Positions 39,811 through 54,100 of a stretch of 64,000 nucleotides of DNA are shown here, one piece after another. The notes beneath the pieces were generated by a model that saw only the letters and a program-made list of their open reading frames with translations, ran no database searches and had not been told where the DNA came from. Made by a program: the position numbers and the translations under genes. The stretch is from assembly GCF_009914755.1 (NCBI RefSeq), contig NC_060932.1. One strand, given 5' to 3'. Position 1 is the stretch's first letter. Each line of letters starts with the position of its first letter. This DNA is from the human T2T-CHM13v2.0 reference genome, Homo sapiens.

Positions 39811-42800
39811 CTGTTAACAGGGTCACCAGGGCGTGTGAACTTTGTACTTGTAATGACCCAAGAAGCCACTGCATTCCTTACCCCTACTCAAACCTATACA
39901 ACACTGAGGAACACAACCTGGGGAAGACTGGGAAATAGATTTCACTCAGATGCCACCATACAGGGGACAAAAATATCTGCTAGTATTTATAGACACTTTC
40001 ACCAGGTGGATAGAGGCTTTCCCAGCAAGGACAGAAAAGGAATTAGAAGTGTCCACATTCTTATGTAAAGGGATAATCTCAAGGTTTGGATTACCAAAAA
40101 GTCCACCCAGAAATAATATACCCTCTTTCACAGCTAAAGTGATCTAGCAGATTTCCTCAGCCTTGGACATTACACATTATCTTCACTTCTCCTGAACACC
40201 TCAATCCTTGGTTAAGCTAGAAAAAGCTAACCATGTTTCTGAAAGGACATCAGAGAAACTCTGTCAAGAGACTTCAAAGGCCTGGATTTCTCTCCCACCC
40301 ATAAACCTTTTACATGTGAAAATGGCTCCGAAGGGAACTCTAAAATTTAGTCCATTTGAAATGACTTATGGGAGACCCTTTTTAACTTTAAACCTCCTGT
40401 TTTATGAAGACACACATACAGTGCTCACCCATATTATCAACCTAGGCCAGGTTCAAAAAGCCCTACAATCACATGGAAATAAAATATTGCTCCCTCCACA
40501 AAGGAAAGAATTAACCCCCCTATTCCACCAGGAGAATAATAATAAAAATTTGGAAAGAAGAATCCTCTGATGATCAATAACAACTGACAGGCAAGGGCCC
40601 CTATCAGGTGCTTTTGTGTAACCCCACTGCTGTTAAACTTCAGGGTGTAACTAATTGAGTACACCTATCCAGGATTAAACCTGTTTCTTATGAGTTGCAG
40701 GCATGAAAGCAGTACATCATGACCTACATCTGTGAACCTTTGGAATTCCTCCACTACCTATTTAAAAGAATCAACACTCAGCCAGAAGTGATAAGCATGA
40801 TGCTCTGGGTCAGGAATAGGAACATTAACTTTTCTCTTCTTCCTGATTATAATACTTCTTTTCTATTGCTTTAGCCAAATACCTCCTTCTAGGAAACACC
40901 TCTTTTGTCTTTGTTGTGTGTGGAGACCACTCTAAGGCCCAACCAGGCACCAAGCTGTCACTGTTAATCCAGCTTGCTCTCCCAATTACCCTGATCCAAT
41001 GAGGGTGGGAACAAAACCATATAGTAAATATTTCAAAAATTATAGCATCAGGGAATCATCTTCATGGTGATGGATTTGTCATTAACATCTCTAGGATAGA
41101 AACTTCCATCTTCTATCCAGAGAATCTCATGGCCGTCTCCCTAGAATACCTAACTAACTGTAATGATCCCAGGGTACTCAGACTCCTACTTGTGAGGTGG
41201 GACTCTCTCCCACTCACAGATTCCACATGAATCCCCCAAAGCCCCCTGCTCACATGGACCTGGGAATTTGGGTATCTATGTCTCCAGCACACTAATGATT
41301 CTATATTTTAAAATCACTGTTGCATTAATGACACAAAAGCAGAAGTTTCCCTGTGATGCTCTGATCCAACTCTAGTTGCCAAGTTCCCAAGGCTGCAACT
41401 TGGTAGATGTGATTTCACTTGTAAGCAAGAGACCATATATGGTGCCTTCTACTGGATCAGAAGATACTGGAGAAAAATTAGTGCCTAATCTGAGAAGGTA
41501 ACAGTACTGCCACTTTCTGGAAAATAAGCATTGTTTGCCAATCCCATTGGAGCAGAGGAAAAATATCTCTATACATCCAACTTGGAAGCAAAAGATAGAC
41601 ATCACACCCTGTGGCCCAGCTGGACTCATTTCTGTTTTTGGCTATGAATGGGAAGACATTACACCCATAATCACTTCCAGCTTTCCAAGGAGCCACCTGT
41701 TTCTTTAGGAATAGTTTTCCCTTGCATATCAAAAGCTTGGAACGGAGGTTAATGTACATTGGCAACCCTTGATCCTCCAGGGGTCACAGTCTATAATCCC
41801 ATAAGACCCCAGGAACACCAGAAATCAGTGAGTAATAGAATTAATTCTGGCAGGAATCGGGATGGCAATAGGACTAGCAGCACAATGAGGCTTTGCCTAT
41901 CACTAGTCAACACTAAAATACTTTAATCAAACCCTAGAAATTTTAATCACCAACACACGTCAGACGCTAAAGTTAATTCAGGAGCTCCCAAACTCTTGGG
42001 CAAATGTAGTTCTAAATAACAGACTCATGTTGGATTATTTATTGGCTGAACAAGGTGGAGTCTGTGTTAACTATTAATAAAACCTGCTGCACATATATTA
42101 ACAACTCTGGACAGATTGAGGTTAACATTCAAATCTATAAGCAAGCTACCTGGTTACATAGACCTAACCAGGGCACTGACCTCAACAATATCTGGTCAGC
42201 TGTGAATAGTGCCTTTCCCAAGTCTCACCTGCTTTTTACCTCTCCTAGGATTTTTAATAGCCGTCCTGTTATTATTGAACTTTGGCCCTTGCTTGTTTCG
42301 TAGAATGTGTGTCTTCTAGATGACAGCAGTTCCAGGTAAAGACTATGCTGGCACAAGGCTTTCAACCTATCCCATCTACTGACCCAGAGATTAAAAGCAT
42401 CCTGCCTTTGGGCCCCTTGGATCAAGTACCCAGAGAATTTTACACCTCTGGTGCTAGGCAGGGCCTATGTCCAAAAAAAATCCACAGAAAACAGTTACAG
42501 AAGATAGATATCCACCCTTCTGCAACCCCCTAAGATTAGGAGGAATATCTAATCTCTGAGAAGGCAATGAGGTAGGAGGTAAGATTCAACTCTGGACCAG
42601 ATCGAAGAATGGCTGAAACAGGGAAGAGGCACCTCTCTGAAAGACATACTCAGTAGTGCCTGTCAGTTCACTATTGCGAAGGCAACACCTGGAAGTTACC
42701 ACTACTTGCCATGGAAACAACATAAAAGTTATCAGTCCTTTTCTAGAAGTTTCAGAATACCCTGCCCCCTAATTTGCATGTAATTAAAAGTGAGTATAAA

Positions 42801-43012
42801 TATGACTTCAGAACTGTCCCTGAGCTGCTACTCTCCACACTGCTGATGCAGTAGCCCTGCCCTGCAGGAGCAGTCATGGAACGGTAACACTACCATCTCA
42901 ATAAAGCTGTTTTTTTTTTCTATCACCAGCTCAATCTTGAATCTTTTCCTGAGCACAGTAAGGAAACTTCCTAGTTTAAGCCCCAATTTTAGGGCTCACC
43001 TGTCCTACATCA
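39811..43012 (+). mobile_element. ERV1 remnant (MER66-like): integrase, decayed env, 3' LTR 42568-43012
   Basis: CELC zinc finger, YLLVFIDTFTRWIEAFP; env TM immunosuppressive motif LNNRLMLDYLLAEQGGVC (42012-42065) then KTCCTYINNSG; LTR TG...CA with TATAAA and AATAAA. Confidence 0.8.
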
Positions 43013-46000
43013 AAGCTAAAAAAGTTATCTGCTTCCAAAGCACAATTATGGAACATTCTGTTTATGATGACATGTATTTTCTAAGTATAAGAAGCTTTCT
43101 CTACCATGCTCCTTAACTCTTTCTGCACCCTCACCAGAAGCGCCTTCAACTTCCATTATGGAAGTCTGTGTCCTATAGAAGGGGGCTCAGGTAGGAAGAG
43201 CTTCAAACCACAGAGCAGCTCTGAGAAAGTCTTCTATGGGCCAATGTGGAGGCAGTGATGATTGACCATTACAGGAGTCCCTCATTGGGCAGAAAGAGCT
43301 CAGCTCTAGTACCCTGCCGTGCTGAGTGCAGCAACAAGTAGCCAGGGAGATCACAGCCTTGGTGTTAATACTGCCAAGGACCCCAAAGCTGTGGCAGATG
43401 GAAGCAGGCAGCTAACTGCACTCTTCATGGCAGGGGTTCTCTGGAAAGAAGCTTTGAGTGGTGCACTCTCAAGGCTGCAGTGCCCCATATTTTCTTGAGG
43501 AATCTTCCAGTGGTGGTAGATGTAACTGAGAAGCTTAAAAGAACGTCCAGCAGAATCCTGAGACTAAGAGGATGCAAAGGAAACTTAGGGCCTGACAAAG
43601 GTCTATTACAAAGAATGAGGGCTTTGGGTAGTAACTTCTAGGGGTCACAACCTAAGAATAAGGGCTTAGCATCTACTCAGCTCAGCCCCTGATGAGACTT
43701 AGTAGATCTGGAATTGCAAGGGCCACAGCATGGGTGCTGGCTAAAAGCAGATACAAATTCCTTATGGAAGGAAAATAATACGACCCAGAGCCTCAAATTA
43801 TCTATAGCTTTTTATATTCAAAAATAATTCAAAAACACACTAAGTTGAAATTTCATGTAACCATTAATAAAGCCAGGCTCATATCATTTGTATGATGCTT
43901 AAATTGAATTGGCACCCAGTAGGTTACACCTCCCTAAAGTGAATATTATGCATTATTTTCATCATCGTTGGTGATTACCAAGAGAAAACTAAACAGCAAC
44001 TGTTTGGGATTTTATATACTTCCCATGAAAAATGTCTAGAGTTTGAAAGCTAAATTTTTTTCAGACTTCATCAAAATTGTCCTTAGACAAAGGCCTAATA
44101 TTTCTCATTAGGAGTTTTAGCTATTAAGAGTCTTTGATTTTAATAAACATTTTATACAAATTAGTGCAGATGTTTTAACATATTTTCGAATTATAACCCT
44201 TCAACAGTTGTATTTTGGGGATATCATAGTGTGGAAAAATGGAATTAAACTGACTGAACTTCAGTAGAGTTTTCAGGGTAAGTGTTGAGTTGATAATGGG
44301 GCTGGGTCATTCCCTGAGGATCTGGGGTATCAACCTTGACCTCCTGCAGTGGAAACTGGGTGGAACCTGGAACTGAGTGGGAGGGATCTGTGGAAATCTT
44401 AGAAGTTTCATCTAGAGGAGTTTGGTTCTTTTTTATTATTTTATCAGATTTAAGTTCTAAATTAAGGTGGAAGTCCCATTTTCTCAAAAAAGACAACATG
44501 GAAAGACATGCAAACTTCAAAAAAAAAAATGTGGCAAAATTATGATACCCAAACAGAGGATACTCAGGAAATCAGGAATCTAAGTGAAGATTCTGTACTG
44601 GTCATTGCCTGCTTTGGACTTGTATAGAAATATCACACCTAATGATATATGCTGTTAAACATGCTCTTTCCAGCCTCTTTTTAGTATTATTGTTTGTGAA
44701 AATCTTAAATTGCCTCCAATAGGCTTTGAGGAAACAAGAAAAATAATGCCCTTGGGTTGATGTTGATGTCCTTGGGTTAGTTATTTCCAGTAAGAACAGT
44801 GAATTAGGAGAGCCAGGACTAGAAGCCACCCTTGGAGTCATCATGAGAAAATCCTGGGGTGGGTATAAATGAGCACAGAGCAGGAAGCTGGGTCTGTACC
44901 TAAGACTGCCCCATTCCATCCAGTGATTCCCTTGAGCTCTGTCTGGTTTAAACTAAGAGTTACTGAAATTCACCTGGATAAGGAATGTCCTTACCTTAAA
45001 CCAGCATGTAATACTTACTGAGAGTGGTTTTTATGAAAGTAAATATTATATTATTTCTTTTGAAGCATTTGAATATTATTTAACATTTTGAGAAGGGACT
45101 ATTTTGTTGTTGTTTCTTGGAACACCTGGTTTGCTTCAAATGATGAAATGTTATACCAGTAGTACATCACAATTGCACAACTGCCACTATTAATTGGCAT
45201 TCCTTCAATAACTTAGGGGGATCTCATCCTAGCCACAACAAACTAGAAAAATCTCTCTTCCCACCATTATTATTGCTGCTGAACACTTGTCGGAACACTG
45301 CTTTTCTATTTCACTGATGTATCCCCTTCCAATTACTGTGGCTATTTTGTTGTTGTTTTCCCAGGGTTTCTACATTATTACTACTCAACAGGCCTGAGGT
45401 TTTCCTCAGCACTTTTCGGAACAAGAAATTTCAGTTCACTGTGAGAAGCTTAATAGTAATAAAACTGTGCTCTCAGAACTATTCATCTTTCTTATGCTTA
45501 ATGTTTCCCGTTAGGGTTCTCACTAGATGAATATGATGTGGCTTTTAAAATCCATTAGCTTTCCAACAGCATTCCCTTTTCTTTCTTGTATTCAAATCAT
45601 TTCCACACCATTATCTTCTGGGAGTGGCACCAGTAACAAGGGAGTTAGCTCTTAACTGAGTTTCTGAAATTAAGTTCATTAGAAAGAGTCTTCTCTCAGT
45701 AAACCTTGATCTCATATCTCTTTACAGAAATTATAACTTCAACTTTTCTCAGATACAATTTTTATCAAAATCTGGATAACCCTTCATCTAGACTTTCAGT
45801 CACATAACTTAGGTTATATCCAAAAGAATTGAGAGTAAAAGTGCTTTTCTCTTTTTTGTGAAAATGTTCCAACTATATTTTGAGAACACTAAGTTTAAGA
45901 ATATTATAATAAAATAGAATTTTTTTAAAAGTATGACTAAAGATCTTTGCTAAATATAAATGGAATATTTTCTTCTGGCTTTCAGTGTCTTTCACGTTCA

Positions 46001-46342
46001 TATATTAGGCTATTAATTATGTTGGAGTGCCATATTGTCATGATAAATAACTGAGGGACAGTATGTTCTAACACTTAACAGACCAGGGAAGTGTTCTATT
46101 CCCCTTGGAAAACTAACGTACACTACATGTGCTATGGTGATCTTATCATGTGTACAGTTTAAGATTGCTTTTGAAACACATATTTTTGGAGTATTAGTTA
46201 CATGAAGTCAAAAGTTAAATGCAAAATTTTTATGAAGTGGCTTCCTCTCCATTCTGTAATGGAGAGACTTCTCTCCTCTGTTACCTAGAATTTTCTAGTC
46301 TTTCTGGTACATTCTGCTTGTATACTATAGTAGTAAAAGCAT

Positions 46343-48550
46343 TGATTTTGTTTGGCTGTGTCCCCACCCAAATTTCATCTTGAATTCCCATGTGTCATGG
46401 GAGGGACCCAGTGTAAGGTAATTGAATAATGGGGGCAAGTCTTTCCTGCTGTTCTCATGATAGTGAATATGTCTCACAAGATCTTATGGTTTTATAAAAG
46501 GGAGTTTCTGTGCACGACTTCTCTTCTCTTGTCTGCCTCCATGTGAGATGTGCCTTTCACTTTCCCCCATGATTGTGAGGCCTCCCCAGCCATGTGGAAC
46601 TGTGAATCCATTAAATCTCTTTTGCCTTATAAATTACCCAGTCTCAGGTATCTTTGTTAGCAGTGTGAAAATGGACTAATACAGTAAGTTGGTACCAGGT
46701 GTGGGGTGCTGCTGAAGATACTAAAAAACATGGAAGCAGCTTTGGAATTGGGTAACAGGTAGGGGTTGGAACAGTTTGGAGGGCTCAGAAGAAGACAGAA
46801 AATGTGGGAAAGCTAAGAATTTCTTAGAGACTTGTTGAAGGGCTTTGCCCAAAATGCTGATAGCGATATGGACAATAATATCCAGGTGGTCTCAGATTGA
46901 AATGAGAAACTTGTTGGGAACTGGAGCAAAGGTGACTCTTGTTTTAGCAAAAAGACTGGCAGCATTTTTCCCCTGTCCTAGAGATTTCTGGAACTTTGAA
47001 CTTGAGAAGGATAATTTAGGTTATCTGGCAGAAGAAATTTCTAAGCAGCAAAGCATTCAAGAGGTGACTTGGATGCTGTTAAAGGCATTGAGTTTTATAA
47101 GGGAAGTAGAGTATAAAAGTTCAGAAAATTTGCAACCTGACAATGTGATATAAAAGAAAATCCCATTTTCTGAGGAGAAATTCAAGCTGGCTGCAGAAAT
47201 TTGCATAAGAACAGGGAGTTGAATGTTAATAAAAATGCCTCCAGGGCATGTCACAAGTCTTCATGGCAGCCCCTCCCATCAATGACCCAAAGGCCTAGGA
47301 GGAAAAAATAGTTTTGTGGGCTGTGTCCAGGGTCCCTGTGCTGTGTGCAGCCTAGGGACATGGTGCCCTGTGTCCCAGCCACTCCAGCTATGGCTGAAAG
47401 AGGCCAATGTAGAGCTCATACCATGGCTTCAGAGGGTGTAGGCCCCAGCCCTGGCAGCTTCCACTTGGTATTGAGCCTGCAAGTGCACAGAAGTCAAGAA
47501 TTGGGGTTTGGGAACCTCCACCTAGATTTCAGAGACTGTACGCCAATGCCTGGATATCCAGGCAGAAGTTTGCTGCATGGGTGGGGCCCTCAGGGAACAC
47601 CTCTGTTAGGGCAGTGAAGAGGGAAATGTGGAGTCAGAGCCCCCACACAGATTCCCTACTGGGGCACCACCTAGTGGAGCTGTGAGAAGAGGACCAGTGT
47701 CCTCCAGAACCCAGGTTGGTAGATCCACTGACAGCTTACACCATACACCTGGAAAACCTGCAGAAAATCAATGCCAGCCCATGAAAGAAGTCAGGAGGGA
47801 GGCTGTACTCTGCAAAGCCATAGGAGTGGAGCTGCCCAAAACTATCAAAACCCAACTTTTGCATCAGTGTGACCTGGATGTGAGACATGGAGTCAAAGGA
47901 GATCATTTTGGAGCTTTAAGATTTAACTGCCCCACTGGATTTTGGACTTGTATGGCACCTGTTTTGGCCAATTTCTCCCTTTTGGAATAGATGGATTTAC
48001 ACAATGCCTATAACCCATTGTATTTAGGAAGTAACTAATTGGCTTTTGATGTTAAAGGTTCATAGGCAAAAAGGGCTTGCCTTGTGTCAGATGAGACTTT
48101 AGACTGCAGACTTTTGAGTTAATGCTGAAATGAGTTAAGACTTTGGGAGACTGTTGGGAAGGCATGATTGCTTTTGAAATGTGAGGACATGAGATGTGGG
48201 AGGAGCCAGAAACAGAATGATATGATTTGGCTGTGTCCCCACCCAAATCTCATCTTACATTTCCACATGCTGTGGGAGGGACCCAGTGGAAAGTAATTGA
48301 ATCATGGGGGGCAGGTCTTTCCCATGCTGTTCTCACAATAGTGAATAAGTCTCATGAGATCTGATGATTTTACAAAGTGTTGTTTCCCTGAACAAGTTCT
48401 CTTGTCTGCCGCCTTGTGAGATGTGTCTTTCACCTTCCACCATGATTGTGAGGCATCCCCAGCTATGTGGAATTGAGTCCATTAAACCTCTTTTTCCTTA
48501 TAAATTACCTAGGTATGTCTTTATTAGCAGTGTGAAAACAGACTAATACA
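46343..48550 (+). mobile_element. Full-length THE1 (THE1B/C-like MaLR): LTR 46343-46683, internal, LTR 48218-48550
   Basis: Both LTRs TGAT..TTTGGCTGTGTCCCCACCCAAAT...GACTAATACA; TSD AGCAT/AGCAC. Confidence 0.93.
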
Positions 48551-49068
48551 AGCACCCACATGAGAATTACACAATTGTGATTCTTATATGAACCATCTGC
48601 ATAGGTTATTTTCATACAGATCATATGGTAGGTTATGTAATCTCTGTCAGTCTCAATCTCCCCATAAGGGGAATTGGGATGATAATTTTCACCTCACAAT
48701 TTTATTATACAGATACATGGCAGAATATTTTAAGCATGTATTAATATGTACCCAATCTTATATTCAGTGCCTAAAATATTGTAGTTGCTGAAATATATTT
48801 ATGGACTTGAATATCATAAGCAGCACACAACTTCATGTCCATATTATTTTGTTACAATATAGCTAAATTTATTTCTAAAGTTTTATTTCAAGTATCTATA
48901 ATTTACAGATTACCTAGAGGTGGCATTCTGAACATGTAGATTAATACAGTTTACATCCTAAAAATTTATTCAGTATTTATTCCCACAGAAATTTGATACA
49001 AACCATGGTTAAGTTTCTAGGCTGCACCACAGAAAACTATAACATCCATAAAATAGCTGACATCATAT

Positions 49069-49750
49069 TGTTACAGAAGGTCCCTATTCAGATATAAGCA
49101 AGGCAGGAGAGGGCCACCCCCTGCCCCACCAAGAATATCAGGTAACCATCAGATGATAATCAGACAGCTGTTAAGCTGTTTCTCTAAAATAATAATTGGT
49201 TGTAGCTGGCACCAGGGAAAAGCAGTCTCCCAGTAAAGAGAGAAAACCTGAAGCTGGTGAGCAGAAGCTTCTCAATAAGATCTCAGGAGTTGGGCCAAGG
49301 GGCTCAAGCATGCACGCAAAGAGGCAAAATTGTGGAGTGTAAGCACTAGACTAGCAAAGGTCTTGATTGAACATGCATACAACTCCAATAAACACACTGT
49401 GAATGTGGCCCTTTCAAGTGCTGACAGGCCACTGTGCATGTGGACAACCCACCCCATTGAAAAATCAGAGGAGAAGAAACAGAAGATCCTGGAAGCATGC
49501 CAATGTATAAAACCCCAAGTTAAAGTTTATAAAGAGCACTTGAATCTCTCAAGTCACCCACTTGGTCCTCTTCCAAGTGTACTTTACTTCTTTTCATTTC
49601 TGCTCGAAAGCTTTTTAATAAACTTTCACTTCTGCTCTAAAACTTGCCTCAGTCTCTCACTCTGCCTCATGCCCCTCAGGCAATTTTTTTCTTCTGAGGA
49701 GGCGAGAACTGAGGTTGCTGCAGACCCATATGGATTTGCTATCATGAACA
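49069..49750 (+). mobile_element. MER50-like solo LTR
   Basis: TGTTACAG...CTCTAAAATAATAATTGG...AATAAA...AACA; TSD ATAT/CTAT. Confidence 0.75.
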
Positions 49751-50019
49751 CTATTAGTTTACCTTATGCACCAAACACATTAATCTTGAGAGCTCAAGTT
49801 TACTGTGAGTCATGTGCCTTGAAAGCTTAGCTAACCCTGCTGACCACTGCGCCTTCATGGATATTGCTTTCTTCCTTGAGACTGTGAGTGCAGAAAAGAG
49901 CTATGGAGAAATTGGGTGGAGAGAAGAAAGAAGAAAAAAATTTCAACAGAAAACCTACTGGAAGAAATTTGAGACCTTGGAGAAAGGGTTTGAGTTAAGG
50001 TAGAACTAATTTAAAAGAA

Positions 50020-50103
50020 TTAAATTGTACACCCATGTTCACAGCAACACTATTTAAAATAGCCAAGAAATGGAAGCAACTCAAGTTTTATTTCAAGATG
50101 AAT

Positions 50104-50153
<50 letters not shown>

Positions 50154-50515
50154 CAATGGAATATTATTCAACTTCAGAAAACAAAAATATTCTGGCACAT
50201 GCTACAACATGGATGAAATTTGAAGACACTATGCTAAGTAAAATGAGCCAATTACAAAAAAAAGCTGTATGATTGCACTTATATGATGTATGAAGAGTAG
50301 TCAAATTGATAAAGACAGAAAGTAAAATGGCAGTTTTCAGGGGCTGAAAGAAGAGAAGTTTGGATAATTTCTGCTTAATGGAAATGAAATTTCAGTTTTG
50401 CAAGATGAAAAGAGTTCTGCAGATTGGTAGCATAAAAATGTGAATTTACTTAACGCTACTGTATATTTAAAAATAGTTCAAATGATAAAATTGTACGTGT
50501 ATTTTATCAATTTTT
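50020..50515 (+). mobile_element. L1MB-like 3' end containing (TG)n 50112-50150
   Basis: CCATGTTCACAGCAACACTATT...ATGGATGAAATTTGAAGACACTATGCTAAG. Confidence 0.7.
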
Positions 50516-50671
50516 TTTAAAACTAGAAAAGTGGATCATAGTACTAAGAAAATAGGTCATTTATCTTGATTGTCAACATGCTTTGAGACGTCTGACTATT
50601 ATTTAAGGTTCAGCTTTGGAACAATTTGATGGGTGAAAGAGAGGGGAAAGGGTTAAAAAACTACCTATTGG

Positions 50672-51135
50672 TGTTCCAGCAGGTAGCTAATCAGGCATAA
50701 TCAGGTCAGGGGAGGGCTCCCCCACCCACTCAGGAATGTAAGGCAGTCATCAGGCAATGGTCATGTGGTCATTAAGCTATCTCTGTAAAATGGCTAGCTG
50801 CAGCCAGCACCAGGGAAAGGCAGTCTCTCAATAGATAGAAAACACCTAAAATTGGTGATCAGAAGCTTCCCAATAAGATCTCAGGAGTTGGGCAAATGGG
50901 ATCATGCATGCACACTAAGAGGCAAAACATTGGAGTTTCAATGAAATATGACCCTTCTCTGTGAACATTCAATTGGTAAGGGAAGAACACCTCAAGTGAG
51001 AATGTGTACAAGTCCAGTAAACACATTGTGCATGTGTCTCCTCCTAGGTGCTTGCAGGCCACTGTACATGCAAGGCAGCCCACTCAAAGGGAAGAATCAG
51101 GGAAGAGGGGATGCAAGACCCCAGAAGCATGTCAT
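50672..51135 (+). mobile_element. Second MER50-like LTR, 3'-truncated
   Basis: Homologous to 49069-49500; breaks into ERV pol at ~51135. Confidence 0.75.
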
Positions 51136-54100
51136 GTACCTTGGTTTAAGACCATTTCCTCCTTCCTCCTCCCTAAAACCTTCATGTAACTAAGAGAATT
51201 TGGGGGCATTACAGGATTTTGCAGACTACGTATACCTGAGTATCGTAAGATAGCTCGTCACTTATAACACCTCATGAAATAAACTCAAGTGGCTAAAACT
51301 CGTTTCCTCACCTGGGAAACTGAAGCACAAAAGGCCTTTAACCGGTTAAAACAAGTCTCACTTAAGGTACCAGCTCTCACACTTCCAGTAGGGAAGGCCA
51401 TCAATCTTTTTTTTATCAGCAAAAACGGGAATGGCCCTGGGAGATTTAACTCAAGCTCAAGGACAAGCTCAAAATCCAGGGGGCTACCTGAGCAAGGAAT
51501 TTGATTTGGCGGCTAAAGGATGGCCAGCATGACTCCAAGCAATTGCTGTGGTGGTCCTGCTTGTACCAGAAGCCAGCAAATTAACTTTGGGAAATGGCTT
51601 AACTGTTTATACCCCGCATAATGTAGCAGACTGCTGTCCCCTATAGGTAACCTTTGGCTAACAGACAGATGACTCCTTAAATACCAGGCTGTACTTTTAG
51701 TGAGGTCTACAATTCATTTAAGATTGTGTTCCCCCCTCAACCCAGCCACTTTCCTCCCTGAGGAAATTGGGGCGCCTCAACATGACTTTGAACAAATTGT
51801 GGTACAGACCTCTGCAGCCAGGTAGAATCTCAGGAAAACTCCCTTAGAAAATCCAGACTGGACCCTCTTCACAGATGGAAGTTCGTTTGTGGAGCAAGGT
51901 CTCCATAAGGCAGGATATGCAATAGCCACTCTGAATGATGTTATTGAAAGTGCTCTCCTGTCTCCAGGAACAAGTGCTCAATTTGCAGAACTGATAGCTC
52001 TTACAAGAGCACTTCAGAGAAGTAAGGGAAAGGTAGGTAACATTTACATGGACTCCTTGTATGCTTTCTTAGTTCTTCATGCTCAAACTGCCATTTGAAA
52101 GAAAAGACACTATCTTATCACTAATGGATCCCCTATAAAATATCATCAGGAAATTAACAGGTTATTATCCTCAATTTTCCTTCCAGGAGAATTAGCAGTG
52201 ATGCATTCTCAGAAACATCAGAAGGAAACAGATGAAATCACAAAGGAAAACAAGTTAGCTGATGAGACAACCAAGTCTTTGGCAAGAAAGCCTAAGGGCC
52301 TCGACACTCTTAAAGCCCTTCTAATCTGGATAGAATCTCCAAGAGAAATTAAGACTCAGTACACCCCTACAGGGATAGAATGGGCCACTTCTCAGGGGTA
52401 CATTTTTTACCCCTTTAGGATGGCTACAGTCAGAGGATGGCAAACTCCACTTGCCAGCCTCCAGGAAGTAGAAAGTCCTTAAGATCCTTCACCAAGTTTT
52501 TCACTTGAGTAAGGATAAAACTTACTGTGTCCAGAAACTGTTTTCAGGAGAGAACTTATTAAAAAGAGTCCAACAGGTTGTTAATGCTTGTCAAGACTGT
52601 CTTAAAAATAATCCCCTCAACAGGCAGCTCCTTCCTTGTCAAATACAAAGGATAGGATTCTATCCAGCAGAGGACTGGTAGATAGACTTTGCCCACATGC
52701 CAAGGATGAAGGGCATCCCATACCTCCTTGTGTGGGTAGATACTTTCACCAACTGGATAGAAGCATTTCCATGCTGTACAGAAAAGGCTTCTAAGGTAAT
52801 TAAAGTGTTAGTTAATGAAATAACTCCCCACTGTAGTCTACCTAAGTACCTCCAAAGTGACAACAGCCCCATTGTTTAAGGCAGCCATCATACACGGGGT
52901 CTCAAAGGCACTAGCCAAACAGTACCATCTCTATTGTGCTGGGAGATCTCAGTCCTCAGGAAAGGTAAAGAAGACAAATGATATTATCAAAGACATCTCA
53001 GAAAACTGTCCCAAGAAACTCACCATCCTTGGGTCAATCTTCTTCCCATGGTTTTACTGCAGGTAAGAAATACCCCTTCAAAGTTAGGTCTGGGCCCTGT
53101 TGAAATGCTGTATGGATGGCCTTTCCTTACAAATGATTTTCCAATAGACCAAGAGACCTCTGAATTGGTTAAGCATGTAATTTCCCTAGCTCACTTCTAA
53201 CAAGAATTAATGCAAGTAGCAGAAGTCCAGCCACAAGAAATAGAACAACCTTTTATTAAACCAGGAGATTTTGTATTGATAAAGGCTCTCCTCTCCCTAT
53301 CTTCTTCCCTAAACCTAAGCTGGGAAGGGCCTTACACTTTTTTTTCAACCCCATCGGTGGTAACATTTACAGAAATTAACTTCTGTATACGTTACAATTG
53401 AGTCAAATCTTGGAAAGCTGAGGGAGCAGCCCTGGATGGCCCAGAGGAATATCCTGGATATCAATGCGAAGAGATAGGGGATCATAAGCTGAAAACCATA
53501 AAAGATAAGTAAATGAGTGAGAGCTACTTGTCCTACTCAGTCTAACCCCTACCTTACCAGATACTTTCAGTCATTTCTACCTTTCCTATCAAGATTCACC
53601 ATTAGATATTAGAACTTCTTTTTCATGCATACTTTCAGGGACATTTTGATTATCCATGGGATTACATTTGTGACTTTATAGACACCCAAAGGGAAATTCT
53701 ATATCTTCACGAGTAAAATTTTAGATGAAAATTATTTACTAAACCATACTTGCAGAAGTTACTATACTCACTCTGCTATTTGCAGTAGGACTATACACTT
53801 TGCCACATGCGATGTCAAATTCCAGGAGGAAAATTCTAATTGCTGTACTATTCTGCCTAATTTTCACCTTTATGGTAAAACTAATAATTATAGAAATGAT
53901 TTAGCCAAAGTTAACACTAAAGTTACTCTAGTCACCCAGTCCAATGCCACTTATCCAAAAAAAAAAAAAGTTGCTTTTTTATTAACGCTTCTGGTAAAGT
54001 ACACCGACATCTGGTGGAGGCAAACCAGTATTACAACCCTTCAGAATGGCTAACAGGTATCAAACTCTTCTGTCATGGTTGTGTCCTATAGTACCCCCAC

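Noticed and set aside
40950-42533. env as a domesticated syncytin-like gene
   Set aside because: The ISU motif is recognisable, but there are multiple stops and a frameshift between GGVC and KTCC; no long ORF.
49330-49830. 166-aa ORF
   Set aside because: It lies mostly within a MER50-like LTR, has a non-ATG start and shows no domain.
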